DNA of 64,000 bases from an uncultured Streptococcus sp. (GTDB lineage Bacteria; Bacillota; Bacilli; Lactobacillales; Streptococcaceae): assembly GCA_963536045.1 (NCBI GenBank), contig CAUSZI010000002.1, positions 4,757 to 68,756 on the forward strand, written 5' to 3'. This document shows positions 31,544 through 42,500 of the stretch, one piece after another (position 1 is the first letter of the stretch; each line of letters opens with the position of its first letter). The translations under genes were made by a program, and so were the position numbers. The notes beneath the pieces are model-generated. The model worked only from the letters and a program-made list of their open reading frames with translations. It had not been told where the DNA came from and made no database searches.

Positions 31544-34336
31544 TTGTCTAAAGTAAGATTGTATGAAATCGCCAAAGAACTGGGAAAAGAAAGCAAGGAG
31601 GTAGTGGCTCGTGCTAAGGAGCTGGGCCTTGATGTCAAAAGTCATTCATCCAGCGTAGAAGCTGATGCTGGTGAGCGAATCAAATCCAGTTTCAAGAAAG
31701 CAGCCGCACCTCAAGCTACTGCAGAAAAGCCTGCAGCAGCCCAACCATCACCGCAAAAAACTCCTGCCAAAGAGGCGGCACCAGTCAAGGCAGAACAGAC
31801 AGAAGCAAAAGCAGCTGCTAAGCCAGAAACGAAAGCAGAAACGGTAGCGCCAGTCAAGCGCCCGCAAAGCCGGAACTTTAAGGCAGAACGTGAAGCGAGA
31901 GCCAAGGAAGAGGCAGAGCGTCGTAAGCAGCAAGGCAACCGCAAACCACAAAACAAAGAGCAAGGCAAGCGTGAGGACCGAGATAATCGAAATAAGAATC
32001 GCGGAAACCGCAACGACCGAGATAGGGGCAATCGTCCAAATGACCGTCGCGATAATCGTGGTCAAGATGGCCGCCGCAATGGTCAGAATCATCAAGGATT
32101 TAACGGTCAAAACCGCCAACAGCCTCAAGGACCAAAGATTGACTTTAAGGCCCGAGCAGCAGCTTTGAAAGCAGAGCAAAATGCTGAATACGCTCGCTCC
32201 AGCGAGGAACGCTTTAAGCAAGCTCAGGAAGCAAAAGAAGTTATGGAACGGCAAAACCGCCGCAAAGAGCAGCCTAAGGCAGAAGCAAGTGCACCAGTTC
32301 AGCCTGCACCTGCCCCATCTGCTCCAGCAGCGAATCCAAGCCCAGCGCCAGCCGCTGTGGATACGCGTCGTAAGAAGCAAGCTCGACCAGATAAGAAGCG
32401 CGATGATTTTGATCGCGAAGAAGAAGGTCCAAGAAAACAACAAAAGAATCGAAGCAGTCAAAATCAAGTGAGAAATCAAAGAAATAGTAATTGGAATAAA
32501 AACAAGAAAAATAAAAAAGGAAAGGGCAACAATAATCAGGCACCAAAACCTGTTACAGAACGTAAGTTCCATGAGTTGCCGACCGAATTTGAATATACAG
32601 ACGGAATGACCGTTGCAGAAATTGCAAAACGGATCAAGCGCGAGCCAGCTGAAATTGTTAAGAAGCTCTTTATGATGGGTGTGATGGCAACGCAAAACCA
32701 ATCTCTTGACGGCGATACTATTGAGCTCCTCATGGTGGACTACGGTATCGAAGCTAAGAAGAAGGTAGAAGTTGACACAGCTGACATTGAGCGCTTCTTC
32801 GTAGAAGAAGGTTATATCAACCAAGATGCCTTGGTAGAGCGTCCACCGGTTGTAACCATCATGGGACACGTTGACCATGGTAAAACAACCCTCCTGGATA
32901 CCCTGCGTAACTCTCGTGTAGCAACAGGTGAAGCAGGTGGTATTACTCAGCACATCGGTGCTTACCAGATCGAGGAAAGCGGCAAGAAGATTACTTTCTT
33001 GGATACGCCTGGACACGCGGCCTTTACTTCTATGCGGGCTCGCGGTGCCTCTGTTACGGATATCACTATTCTGGTCGTAGCGGCTGATGACGGTGTTATG
33101 CCGCAAACGATCGAAGCTATCAACCACTCCAAAGCCGCTGATGTCCCAATCATCGTAGCTATCAACAAGATTGATAAGCCAGGAGCGAATCCTGAGCGCG
33201 TGATTGGTGAGTTGGCTGAGCATGGTGTCATGTCAACAGCTTGGGGCGGAGATTCTGAATTTGTTGAAATCTCAGCGAAATTCAATCAAAATATCGACAG
33301 CTTGCTGGAAACAGTCCTCTTGGTGGCTGAAATCCAAGAACTCAAGGCAGATCCGACTGTTCGAGCGATTGGTACAGTTATCGAAGCCCGTCTGGATAAA
33401 GGAAAAGGTGCTGTCGCAACCTTGCTTGTCCAACAAGGTACACTGAATGTGCAGGATCCAATCGTTGTTGGTAATACCTTCGGTCGGGTTCGGGCTATGA
33501 CCAATGACCTTGGCCGTCGTGTTAAGGTGGCAGGGCCATCTACACCGGTTTCTATCACTGGTCTCAATGAAACTCCGATGGCTGGTGACCACTTTGCGGT
33601 TTATGAAGATGAAAAAGCTGCGCGTGCAGCCGGTGAAGAACGTGCCAAACGTGCACTTCTTAAGCAACGTCAAGCTACTCACCGCGTCAGTCTGGAAAAT
33701 CTCTTTGATACCCTCAAAGCTGGTGAAGTCAAGTCTGTTAATGTTATCATCAAGGCTGATGTACAAGGTTCTGTAGAAGCCCTGTCTGCTTCCCTGCAGA
33801 AGATTGAAGTGGAAGGCGTTAAGATTACCATCGTCCACTCAGCGGTTGGTGCTATCAATGAATCTGACGTGACACTGGCAGAAGCCTCAAATGCCTTCAT
33901 TATCGGATTTAACGTTCGTCCAACTTCTCAGGCTCGCCAACAGGCAGAAGCTGACGATGTCGAAATTCGTCTCCACAGCATTATCTACAAGGTTATCGAA
34001 GAAATGGAAGATGCCATGAAGGGAATGCTGGATCCAGAATACGAAGAAAAAATCATCGGGGAAGCTCTTATCCGCGAGACCTTCAAGGTTTCCAAGGTTG
34101 GTACTATCGGTGGATTTATGGTTATCAACGGTAAAGTTACCCGTGATTCCAAGGTTCGTGTTATCCGTGATGGTGTCGTGATTTACGACGGAGAGCTTGC
34201 CAGTCTCAAGCACTTCAAGGATGATGTTAAGGAAGTTACTAACGGCCGCGAAGGTGGACTCATGATTGATGGCTACAATGACATCCAAGTAGATGACACG
34301 ATTGAAGCCTACATCATGGAAGAAATTAAGAAATAA
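31544..34336 (+). CDS. infB: Translation initiation factor IF-2
   Basis: [28 protein letters not shown] start after AGGAGG. Confidence 0.98.
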   Translation: MSKVRLYEIAKELGKESKEVVARAKELGLDVKSHSSSVEADAGERIKSSFKKAAAPQATAEKPAAAQPSPQKTPAKEAAPVKAEQTEAKAAAKPETKAETVAPVKRPQSRNFKAEREARAKEEAERRKQQGNRKPQNKEQGKREDRDNRNKNRGNRNDRDRGNRPNDRRDNRGQDGRRNGQNHQGFNGQNRQQPQGPKIDFKARAAALKAEQNAEYARSSEERFKQAQEAKEVMERQNRRKEQPKAEASAPVQPAPAPSAPAANPSPAPAAVDTRRKKQARPDKKRDDFDREEEGPRKQQKNRSSQNQVRNQRNSNWNKNKKNKKGKGNNNQAPKPVTERKFHELPTEFEYTDGMTVAEIAKRIKREPAEIVKKLFMMGVMATQNQSLDGDTIELLMVDYGIEAKKKVEVDTADIERFFVEEGYINQDALVERPPVVTIMGHVDHGKTTLLDTLRNSRVATGEAGGITQHIGAYQIEESGKKITFLDTPGHAAFTSMRARGASVTDITILVVAADDGVMPQTIEAINHSKAADVPIIVAINKIDKPGANPERVIGELAEHGVMSTAWGGDSEFVEISAKFNQNIDSLLETVLLVAEIQELKADPTVRAIGTVIEARLDKGKGAVATLLVQQGTLNVQDPIVVGNTFGRVRAMTNDLGRRVKVAGPSTPVSITGLNETPMAGDHFAVYEDEKAARAAGEERAKRALLKQRQATHRVSLENLFDTLKAGEVKSVNVIIKADVQGSVEALSASLQKIEVEGVKITIVHSAVGAINESDVTLAEASNAFIIGFNVRPTSQARQQAEADDVEIRLHSIIYKVIEEMEDAMKGMLDPEYEEKIIGEALIRETFKVSKVGTIGGFMVINGKVTRDSKVRVIRDGVVIYDGELASLKHFKDDVKEVTNGREGGLMIDGYNDIQVDDTIEAYIMEEIKK

Positions 34337-34513
34337 GATAAGAAGTCCGTTAAAAACTCGCAGTGAAAATCATTTTTGGTGGAAGTCGAAACTTCTAGTC
34401 CAACATCCTTTTTTACAAAGAGTTTAGAAGAAATTTCATTCATTAAAACTAAACATATAAGCTAGGCCTAGCCTAGCTTATATTGCAGGAAAGAAAATTA
34501 GAAAGGAAATCTC

Positions 34514-34864
34514 ATGGCAAACAATTTTCGTACAGACCGTGTCGGCATGGAAATCAAGCGCGAAGTCAATGAAATCTTGCAGAAGAAAGTTCGTGACCCG
34601 CGGGTGCAAGGAGTAACTATTACCGATGTCCAAATGCTGGGCGACCTATCCATGGCCAAGGTCTACTACACGATTATGAGCAATCTGGCCTCTGATAATC
34701 AAAAAGCTCAGACCGGTCTGGAAAAAGCAACCGGTACTATCAAGCGAGAACTGGGTCACAATCTGAAGATGTACAAGATTCCAGATTTGACCTTTGTCAA
34801 GGACGAATCCATCGAGTATGGCAATAAAATCGACCAGATGCTGCGCGATTTAGATAAAAAGTAA
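34514..34864 (+). CDS. rbfA: Ribosome-binding factor A
   Basis: [25 protein letters not shown]. Confidence 0.96.
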   Translation: MANNFRTDRVGMEIKREVNEILQKKVRDPRVQGVTITDVQMLGDLSMAKVYYTIMSNLASDNQKAQTGLEKATGTIKRELGHNLKMYKIPDLTFVKDESIEYGNKIDQMLRDLDKK

Positions 34865-34867
34865 AGC

Positions 34868-34898
34868 AGAAACTCAGCTGTCATGGCTGGGTTTTCTC
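34868..34898 (+). terminator. Terminator after rbfA
   Basis: AGAAACTCAGC-tgtcatg-GCTGGGTTTTCT hairpin with T tail. Confidence 0.65.
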
Positions 34899-34929
34899 AT
34901 TTTTTAATTTAATATAACAATTTTTACAA

Positions 34930-34974
34930 AAATAGGTATATACCATTTACAAATAAAAAAGAAAGAGTTATAAT
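34930..34974 (+). promoter_or_regulatory. NagR-type operator and nagA promoter
   Basis: Near-palindrome AAATAGGTATATACCATTT 34930-34948 abutting TTTACA-17bp-TATAAT (34946-34974). Confidence 0.75.
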
Positions 34975-35103
34975 ATAGTCAAGAAAACTCAGAGATTCAA
35001 AAGCGGGAGTTAGAAAGCAGCTATAGAAAGATGCTAGCTCTATCATAGAATTCCGCTTTGAATGGCAGAGAATACAGAAGTCAAGAAAAAGGGAGGCAGT
35101 CTT

Positions 35104-36255
35104 ATGCCTACATATATCAAAGCAGATCAATTTTTCTATCCTCAGGGAATCCGTCAGGGCGGTTATTTAGAGCTGATTGACGGCAAATTTGGCAAGCTGG
35201 TGCAGTCTGTTCCGCAGGATGCAGAAGTCATAGACTACAGTGGCTACTTGATTGCGCCGGGTCTGGTGGACACTCACATTCACGGCTTCGGCGGTGTTGA
35301 TGTAATGGACAATAACATCGAAGGAACTCTTCATACCATGAGTGAGGGTCTCTTGACTACCGGTGTGACAAGCTTTTTACCAACAACCCTGACCTCGTCC
35401 TACGAGCGGCTCTTAGCAGTAACTGAAAATATCGGTGCTCGCTATCAAGAAGCCAGCGGGGCCAAGATTCGCGGTCTCTATTTTGAAGGGCCTTATTTCA
35501 CCGAAAAGTATAAAGGCGCTCAAAATCCGGCCTATATGAAAGATCCTAGCATGGATGAGTTTCGTGCTTGGCAGAAGGCCGCAAATGGCTTGCTCAATAA
35601 GATTGCTCTCGCACCAGAGCGTGATGGCGTGGAGGAGTTTGTCCGCACGCTGACTGATGAAGGCGTGACCGTTGCTCTGGGGCATTCTAACGCAACCTAT
35701 GATGAAGCCAAAACTGCGGTCGAAGCAGGTGCCAGTGTCTGGGTTCACGCCTATAACGGTATGCGTGGCCTGACTCATCGGGAGCTGGGCATGGTTGGTG
35801 CCATGTATGAGTTGCCCCACACCTATGCGGAACTGATTTGTGACGGCCATCATGTGGATCCTAAGGCCTGTGACATCTTGCTTAAGCAGAAAGGACATGA
35901 AAATATTGCCCTTATTACTGACTGTATGACCGCAGGAGGTCTTGAAGATGGTGACTACATGCTGGGAGAATTTCCAGTGGTTGTGGCCGAAGGAACAGCT
36001 CGGCTCAAGTCAACGGGCAATCTAGCTGGCTCTATCCTAAAACTCAAGGACGGATTGAAAAATGTGGTCAAATGGGGTATTGCCAATCCTCATCAGGCGG
36101 TTATGATGGCTAGCCTGATTCCGGCAAAATCCGTCCATATTGATGATGTCTGCGGACAGATCAAGGAAGGCTACGATGCTGACTTTATCGTTTTAGATAA
36201 AGATTTAGAGCTGGTAGCTACTTATCTTGATGGTCAAGAACGATTCCATGTATGA
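35104..36255 (+). CDS. nagA: N-acetylglucosamine-6-phosphate deacetylase
   Basis: PGLVDTHIHG, FEGPY, HAYNGM, CDGHHV, LITD, LAGS; GGAGG before ATG 35104. Confidence 0.96.
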   Translation: MPTYIKADQFFYPQGIRQGGYLELIDGKFGKLVQSVPQDAEVIDYSGYLIAPGLVDTHIHGFGGVDVMDNNIEGTLHTMSEGLLTTGVTSFLPTTLTSSYERLLAVTENIGARYQEASGAKIRGLYFEGPYFTEKYKGAQNPAYMKDPSMDEFRAWQKAANGLLNKIALAPERDGVEEFVRTLTDEGVTVALGHSNATYDEAKTAVEAGASVWVHAYNGMRGLTHRELGMVGAMYELPHTYAELICDGHHVDPKACDILLKQKGHENIALITDCMTAGGLEDGDYMLGEFPVVVAEGTARLKSTGNLAGSILKLKDGLKNVVKWGIANPHQAVMMASLIPAKSVHIDDVCGQIKEGYDADFIVLDKDLELVATYLDGQERFHV

Positions 36256-36413
36256 GAACCGCAGGTATTTTAAATTAGTCTCCTTATATTTTTCAGAAAG
36301 AGCAGGGCAACCTGTTCTTTTTGGTTGGCAGACAGCTTGATAGACTTCTCCTAGATTTGAATTGCTTTCTTAGGCGTGTTATAATGAGACTATAATGTAA
36401 ACAGGAGTAGACT

Positions 36414-36608
36414 ATGAAACGAATTGATGCGAAATTTTTGATAATGGGACTTGTTTTGCTGCTGGCGGGACTGATTTTTGGACGAATCTTGATCCTTGTT
36501 GCAGGAGTTGCTTTCATTATCTATAGCTTTTTCAGTAAAGGCATGGAGCCAACCAAGGAAAATATCTTTAAACCTAAGCCAATACTGAAGAAAAGGGAAA
36601 AGAAGTGA
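36414..36608 (+). CDS. Small membrane protein (two TM helices, basic C-terminal tail)
   Basis: TATAAT and AGGAG upstream; hydrophobic hairpin then a Lys-rich tail. Confidence 0.65.
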   Translation: MKRIDAKFLIMGLVLLLAGLIFGRILILVAGVAFIIYSFFSKGMEPTKENIFKPKPILKKREKK

Positions 36609-36684
36609 GCAGTTCTGCTCTTGTGAACACTGTAGCAGCTGCCTTGCTGGAGGCAGTAGATGGAACTTGTAAAGGAGACATGAG

Positions 36685-37530
36685 ATGAGAGAATATCTTT
36701 TGAACAATGGTGTAGGCATTCCGGTGCTGGGCTTCGGTACTTGGAAGGCTCAGGATGGCGAAGAAGCCTATCAAGCAACATTAGCCGCTCTCAAGGCAGG
36801 CTATCGGCACATTGATACGGCAGCTATCTATAAGAACGAAGAGAGTGTCGGACGGGCGATCAAGGACAGCGGTATTCCGCGGGAGGAGCTCTTCATCACG
36901 ACCAAGCTTTGGAATGACATTCATACTTATGAGGAGGCTCAAGAGGCCTTTGCTGCCTCAATGGAGCGGTTGGGATTGGACTATCTAGACCTCTACCTCA
37001 TCCACTGGCCGAATCCCAAGCCCCTGAGGGAAAACGATGCTTGGAAAAAGCGCAATGCCGAAGTCTGGCGAGCTATGGAAGACCTTTATAATCTCGGCAA
37101 GATTCGAGCGATTGGCGTCAGCAATTTCCTGCCTCATCACTTAGAAGCCTTGCTTGAAACAGCGCGCATGACTCCTGCTGTCAATCAAATCCGCCTGGCT
37201 CCAGGTGTCTATCAGACAGAGGCGGTGAACTTCTGCCGTGAGCATGAGATTTTACTGGAAGCTTGGGGGCCATTTGGCCAAGGTGAGCTCTTCCAAAATC
37301 CAGCCGTACAGGCTGTGGCAGACAAGTATGGCAAGACTATTGCCCAAGTTGCTCTAGCTTGGAGCTTGCAGGAAGGCTTTCTGCCCCTGCCTAAGTCGGT
37401 CACTCCGAGCCGGATTGCCAGCAATCTGGACTGCTTTGACATCGAGCTAGATGCTGCTGACTTGGAAGTGCTTAAAAATGTCAGCGGTTTGGCCGGTGGC
37501 GCACCAAATCCGGACGGGATGGATTTTTAG
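36685..37530 (+). CDS. Aldo/keto reductase
   Basis: GFGTW, GYRHIDTAAIY, DLYLIHWP, IGVSNF, PKSVTPSRI. Confidence 0.93.
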   Translation: MREYLLNNGVGIPVLGFGTWKAQDGEEAYQATLAALKAGYRHIDTAAIYKNEESVGRAIKDSGIPREELFITTKLWNDIHTYEEAQEAFAASMERLGLDYLDLYLIHWPNPKPLRENDAWKKRNAEVWRAMEDLYNLGKIRAIGVSNFLPHHLEALLETARMTPAVNQIRLAPGVYQTEAVNFCREHEILLEAWGPFGQGELFQNPAVQAVADKYGKTIAQVALAWSLQEGFLPLPKSVTPSRIASNLDCFDIELDAADLEVLKNVSGLAGGAPNPDGMDF

Positions 37531-37983
37531 ATGCAAATCCGATTCTATCGAAGTTCAGATAGAGAAGCCTTGCAGTCTTACCATTTAACCGACTTAAGAT
37601 TTACCAATCATCCGAGTCAAGCTGTCGCTGACTTAAAAAATCGCTATGCCATCTTGGGTCTTGAAGAAGATCAAATCGTAACCTTTCTGATCTTGGATGC
37701 TGGGGAAGAGAAGTACACTTATGGTGGTCAGCCAGATAGCCTGCTCCTTCGTAGCTTTTCAACGGATGAAGCCTTTCGGATGCGAGGGTACGGTAGTCAG
37801 ACGCTGAAGCTCTTGCCTGATTTCATAAGAGAGCATTTGCCTATGTATAAAAGCATCATACTAGGTGTCAATGAGAGAAATCAAGTCGCTTCCTATCTCT
37901 ACCGAGAGACAGGTTTTAGCAAACAGTCCCAGCGGATATTAGGACCAGCTGGCTGGCAGGAAGTATATGAATTAAAAATATAA
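37531..37983 (+). CDS. GNAT family N-acetyltransferase
   Basis: FRMRGYG, LGVNERNQVASYLYRETGF; ATG immediately after the AKR stop. Confidence 0.8.
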   Translation: MQIRFYRSSDREALQSYHLTDLRFTNHPSQAVADLKNRYAILGLEEDQIVTFLILDAGEEKYTYGGQPDSLLLRSFSTDEAFRMRGYGSQTLKLLPDFIREHLPMYKSIILGVNERNQVASYLYRETGFSKQSQRILGPAGWQEVYELKI

Positions 37984-37987
37984 AGCT

Positions 37988-38018
37988 ATCCCCAGTTTGA
38001 AAAGAGCTGGGGATTTTT
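37988..38018 (+). terminator. Terminator after the AKR-GNAT pair
   Basis: ATCCCCAG..CTGGGGAT followed by a T run. Confidence 0.75.
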
Positions 38019-38214
38019 ATCTCTACCGCCAGAAGAAACTATAAAACAAACTGCTTCTGTGCTATAATGAGAGGTGTAAAATACGGCTAATATCCAACGA
38101 AACACTAAGATGGGGGAGTTAGATGAAGAAGACCCAAGAATTGGAAATTACACCCAACTGATTTAGGAAGTCATCGAAACCTTGAGAGTGGGGAGATAGA
38201 GTGAAAAGTAATCA

Positions 38215-38445
38215 TCAAAACTTCGAAGAGTAAACTCTGGCTAAATATCCAATCAATCTAAAGGGGGAATACGAGTGTTTACTAAAATATTTAGATAAAC
38301 TAGGTTTCGAATAGTCAATTTTGTAAAAAATTTCATGCTTTCTAACTATCACTTGATGCAATTTGCTAAAATATTAAACCATTCTAAAGTTCGAATATTA
38401 GCTTTTGTTAAAATTTCAAAGTATTCTAAGCGTGAAATGCCTTGA
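38215..38445. repeat. Degenerate tandem repeat array, 42-nt period (at least 5.5 units; weaker units back to about 38080)
   Basis: Units start at 38215, 38257, 38299, 38341, 38383 and 38425, sharing TCTAA..CGAATA..TTTG(C/T)TAAAAT(A/T)T in register. Confidence 0.7.
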
Positions 38446-38633
38446 TAATTCATTTTTTAAGAGACATAATCCCTATCTGAAGTTGAAGAAATCATCAGGT
38501 GGGGATATTTTATGTCTTTGATTTTGAAAAAGTGTTATTTCAGGGATAAAAAATGACATTTCAGGGCAGCCTTGCAAAAGATTTATTGTCACATGCTATA
38601 CTTAGTTCATCAAATTATTGGAGAGGTTTTATT

Positions 38634-39386
38634 ATGACTACTAACTACACCATTCGTCCCTTGACCTATAGCAACTTTACTCACCGTGAGTTTGAAAGTT
38701 TGATGACCGATTCTCGTCAAATCATCACGGACTTTGTCAAGGCAAATAAGAACGAAGATATGTATGGTACGCACTTGGAGCCCTTTGCGAGCAAGCTAGA
38801 AGAGTTCCAGAGACAGCTAGCCAGCGTGGAAAAGAAGCAGACCACAAGTCTAGCAGAGGTGGATAAGGAGCGGGACAGTGCTCTGGTCGGGCTCTTTACC
38901 CTGCATAGGGGATTTGCTAAGATAAAGGAAGCAAAGTTCAAGGAAGCCCATGAGACGCTGGCTCCAGTCCTGATCAAGTACAAGGATATCACCAAGCATA
39001 ATAACGATGTCGCCACTGCTGAGATTAAGAGTCTCCTCAAAACCCTCAAGGAAGAGCCCTACAATGCGGCAGTAACTACGCTGGGACTCTCACCGGTGAT
39101 TGGCGCAGTGACGACTGCTCAGGAAGACTATGATAAGGCCGAAGCCCTAGCGCGGGCAGCCAAGTCCAGCAAGGAAGTCGGTAAGACCAAGCAGCTGCGT
39201 ACGGAAATCTCCCGCACTTATGATCTTTTTATGCGCTATACCGCTGCCTCCGCAGAAGCCTACCCAGAGAAAGTCCACTTTGCCAAACTCCTCAAGGATC
39301 TCAATACTATCCGAGACAGTAAGCGCCGCCTGGCTGGCCCAAATAAGAAAACAAAACCGGAACAAGCACCGGAAGCAGCAGGATAA
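38634..39386 (+). CDS. DUF6261-like alpha-helical protein
   Basis: D-x2-RD (DKERD), Y..NNDVATAEIKSLL..L, AVTTLGL pattern recalled for DUF6261; GGAGAGG RBS before ATG 38634; extended -10 TGcTATACT at 38594-38602. Confidence 0.7.
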   Translation: MTTNYTIRPLTYSNFTHREFESLMTDSRQIITDFVKANKNEDMYGTHLEPFASKLEEFQRQLASVEKKQTTSLAEVDKERDSALVGLFTLHRGFAKIKEAKFKEAHETLAPVLIKYKDITKHNNDVATAEIKSLLKTLKEEPYNAAVTTLGLSPVIGAVTTAQEDYDKAEALARAAKSSKEVGKTKQLRTEISRTYDLFMRYTAASAEAYPEKVHFAKLLKDLNTIRDSKRRLAGPNKKTKPEQAPEAAG

Positions 39387-39393
39387 AGAATAC

Positions 39394-39425
39394 TCCCTTG
39401 GAAATGTAATTTCTAGGGGATTTTT
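39394..39425 (+). terminator. Terminator after the DUF6261-like gene
   Basis: TCCCTTGGAAAT-gta-ATTTCTAGGGGA followed by Ts. Confidence 0.7.
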
Positions 39426-39589
39426 GGTGTTTAATAGATAGTGGGTAGGGAATGTGAGGATGGGAGGATAATATACATTAGATTTTTATATAAATACTTT
39501 ATAGAATGAGGAAAAATTGATATAATAGTATGGGTATATTGATAAAGGATGTAATGTTTAAGTATTTAGTAACTTGTTAGGGAGGTATT

Positions 39590-42500
39590 TTGTTAATGAT
39601 TGACGAAAGTACGGAAAAGGAAAAAAAGTATAAGTTTCGTTCGCTTACATCGAATAAAGATGTAAAAATAAAACCAGTCATATCACATGCTCTAGAGTTT
39701 GTTATCAGTGATGTATCAGAGCCAACGAATGTGGCTATTACAGGGAACTATGGAGCTGGTAAAAGCAGTGTCATTGAGACGTTTGAGTTAGAGAAAAGAG
39801 ACAAAAAGTTTATCCATATTTCTCTCGCTCAGTATGATGAAGCTAAAAAAAACGAACTTAATAACCGTGAAATTAATACAATTGAGGGAAAGATTATCAA
39901 TCAATTACTTCATCAGATTGAGCCCAACTCAATTAGAAAGTCAATTTTTAAAACACTGGATGCAGAGTCACAAATTGATCCTAAGAAAAATACAGTTTTT
40001 TTATTTTCTATTTTGCTACTGTTTTTGTATTTGAATTTATGGACTGATTTTATTAAGGATATTGATTGGCTTACTTGGACTATTCATCCGATTGTTAGAC
40101 TTTCAGCACTCGTTATCTTATTTACTTTGTTTTTTTATGGAATTTTTTATTTATTAAAGTTACAAAGAGACATTGGATTCATTAAACACCTATCGCTAAA
40201 ATCAGATAAAATTGAAACAGATATAGAAGTTTTTTCAAACGAGACTAGCAAAGTATCTTATTTTGATAGATATTTGGATGATGTGATATATCTGTTTAAA
40301 CAATCTAAGGCAGATGTCATAGTCTTTGAAGACATTGAACGATTCAATGATTCAAGAATCTTTGAAAAAATTAAGGAATTAAATATTGTTATCAATAGAA
40401 AAAGGAAAGTGTGTGGAGAATCTAAATTAGTATTTTTCTATCTTGTCAAAGATGATTTGCTCGAGTCACAAGAGCGAACAAAGTTTTTTGATTTTATTAT
40501 TCCGGTAGTTCCTGTTGTCACTACTTCAAATTCCTATGATAAATTAATAGAAATATTAGAAGATATGGAACTTGGTGAGGGATTGGATGAAAATTTTTTA
40601 TTTAATATCTCATTATACCTTGATGATATGCGCCTGATTAATAATATTTGTAATGAGTATCTGACCTACAAAGAATCATTGAGTACTCCGAAATTAAATC
40701 CTAAAAAAGTATTTTCAATGATAGTGTACAAAAATATCTTCCCTAAAGATTTCTCTCTTTTACAAAAGAATCAAGGGTATTTATATGAATTGTTACATTC
40801 AAAAGATGAACAGTTAGAAGAACGAAAAAATGAATTATCGGAAAAAATTCAATTATTGGAGAAAGAGATTGAAAATGCACAAACAGAGCAGCTGAGGGAT
40901 GAGGTTGAATTGTACGGTCTAAATTTTCAAATCCCTGAAGGTAAATTAGTGATTGAAGTAAATGGAAAGAGCCAAGCAAAGTTCTCCTCCTATCATGAAT
41001 TTATCATGGAGCTGCTGAAAGAAGACAGCAAAATTACTTCTTTTAGTAATTTTTATGATGCTCATTACAATCAGTCTAGTATTGAGGAAACTCTTGACTC
41101 AGTATTTCCTAATAAAAATAGTGCAGAATTTCAAGAGCGTCTAAAAAACACTAAGAATAAACGAAATTTGCCTCGTTTAAATGATAAACTTAAATCGTTA
41201 CAAAATGAACTATATGAGTTGGATAGATTCAGATTGTCAGATGTTTATGAATCCTCGATTCAGATTGAGAATTTTGATAGTCTGTATTCAGAATCAATTA
41301 AAGAAAATCCACAATTTGCTATTATTCCTTTTTTAATAAGAAATACTTACATTGATGAAACATATCAAGATTATCTGACCTATTTCTATGATAATAAAAT
41401 TACAAAAGAAGAAAAGGAATTTATTGTAAATGTTATTTCTGGACGTGATGGTAATTATGATATTTCTTTAACCAATATCAATGAAATAGTTAATCGATTA
41501 GATCTTAAGAATTACAGATATAGCTATGTTTTAAATTATAGTTTGTTTAAATATCTACTAAATTCCCAACAAAAGAATGACACTGAGCGATTAGCTCAAA
41601 TATTCCAACAAAAGAATATTTTAGATTTCTTAATTAAATTTTATAAAACATTAGATATGACTACGCAGAATCATCAATGTATTTATGAAAAGGAGAATAT
41701 CAAATTATTGCTGGAAAAATGGTTGGAGTACAATGTTAGTCTATTTAATGAATGTTTAGAAGATAAAGATGCTGCTCCCAATGAAAATAGTCTAATAATA
41801 TCATTGATGAATTTAGTGGATTTGAGTGATATTCCTAAAAAAACGAAAGTATTGATTGCTAAGTATTTAATAAATAATCAGGTTATTCTACTTCCTGATA
41901 TGAACTATAATGTTTCCCAATTTAATCGAAATTTATCAAATATTGATATAAAGTTTAATGAATTTATTAATCAAGATGATTCCTATGAGAAGATAATACT
42001 TGACTATATTTATCAGAATAATTTGTATTTAATTTCAGAGAAAAATTTGGAATTTTTCATACTTTGGAACTTGAAAAAAGGATGTACTGACTATGAATTC
42101 AATCATCAGAATTTTGAACTTCTTAACACAAATATTGAATTGAAACCTTTATTAGATTATTGTTTGTCTTCGGAAGAAAATTTATTGCAATATGCCAAGG
42201 TTTATATCGAATTATCAAATGGTAAAATGGATGACGATCCGTCTTTTATTGAACAGTTGCTTAATTATGATATTTTGTTTCAAAATAGGGATGCAGAAAA
42301 TGAAGTAATAACGCTAGCTGAAGCAATATTGAATAGTATTCCAAATCTTTCTATTGATTATACTGAAGAGAAATTTAATGAATTATCTTTGGATAACAAG
42401 ACAAAATTGATAAAAAATCTTGTAGTAAATCAAAAAGCTCAAGTCAATTCTTATATTGTTTTATCTTATTTTTCTATCCATCCAGATTTTTCGGATCCAG

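Noticed and set aside
31748..33223. 491-aa ORF antisense to infB, and similar shadow ORFs opposite fab, serS, man, glyS and pbp2x
   Set aside because: They lie wholly opposite well-conserved genes, have no RBS or recognisable motifs, and are explained by codon bias of the sense gene
38080..38453. CRISPR array interpretation of the 42-nt periodic region
   Set aside because: No invariant repeat alternating with unique spacers, units too degenerate and short, and no cas genes in the window
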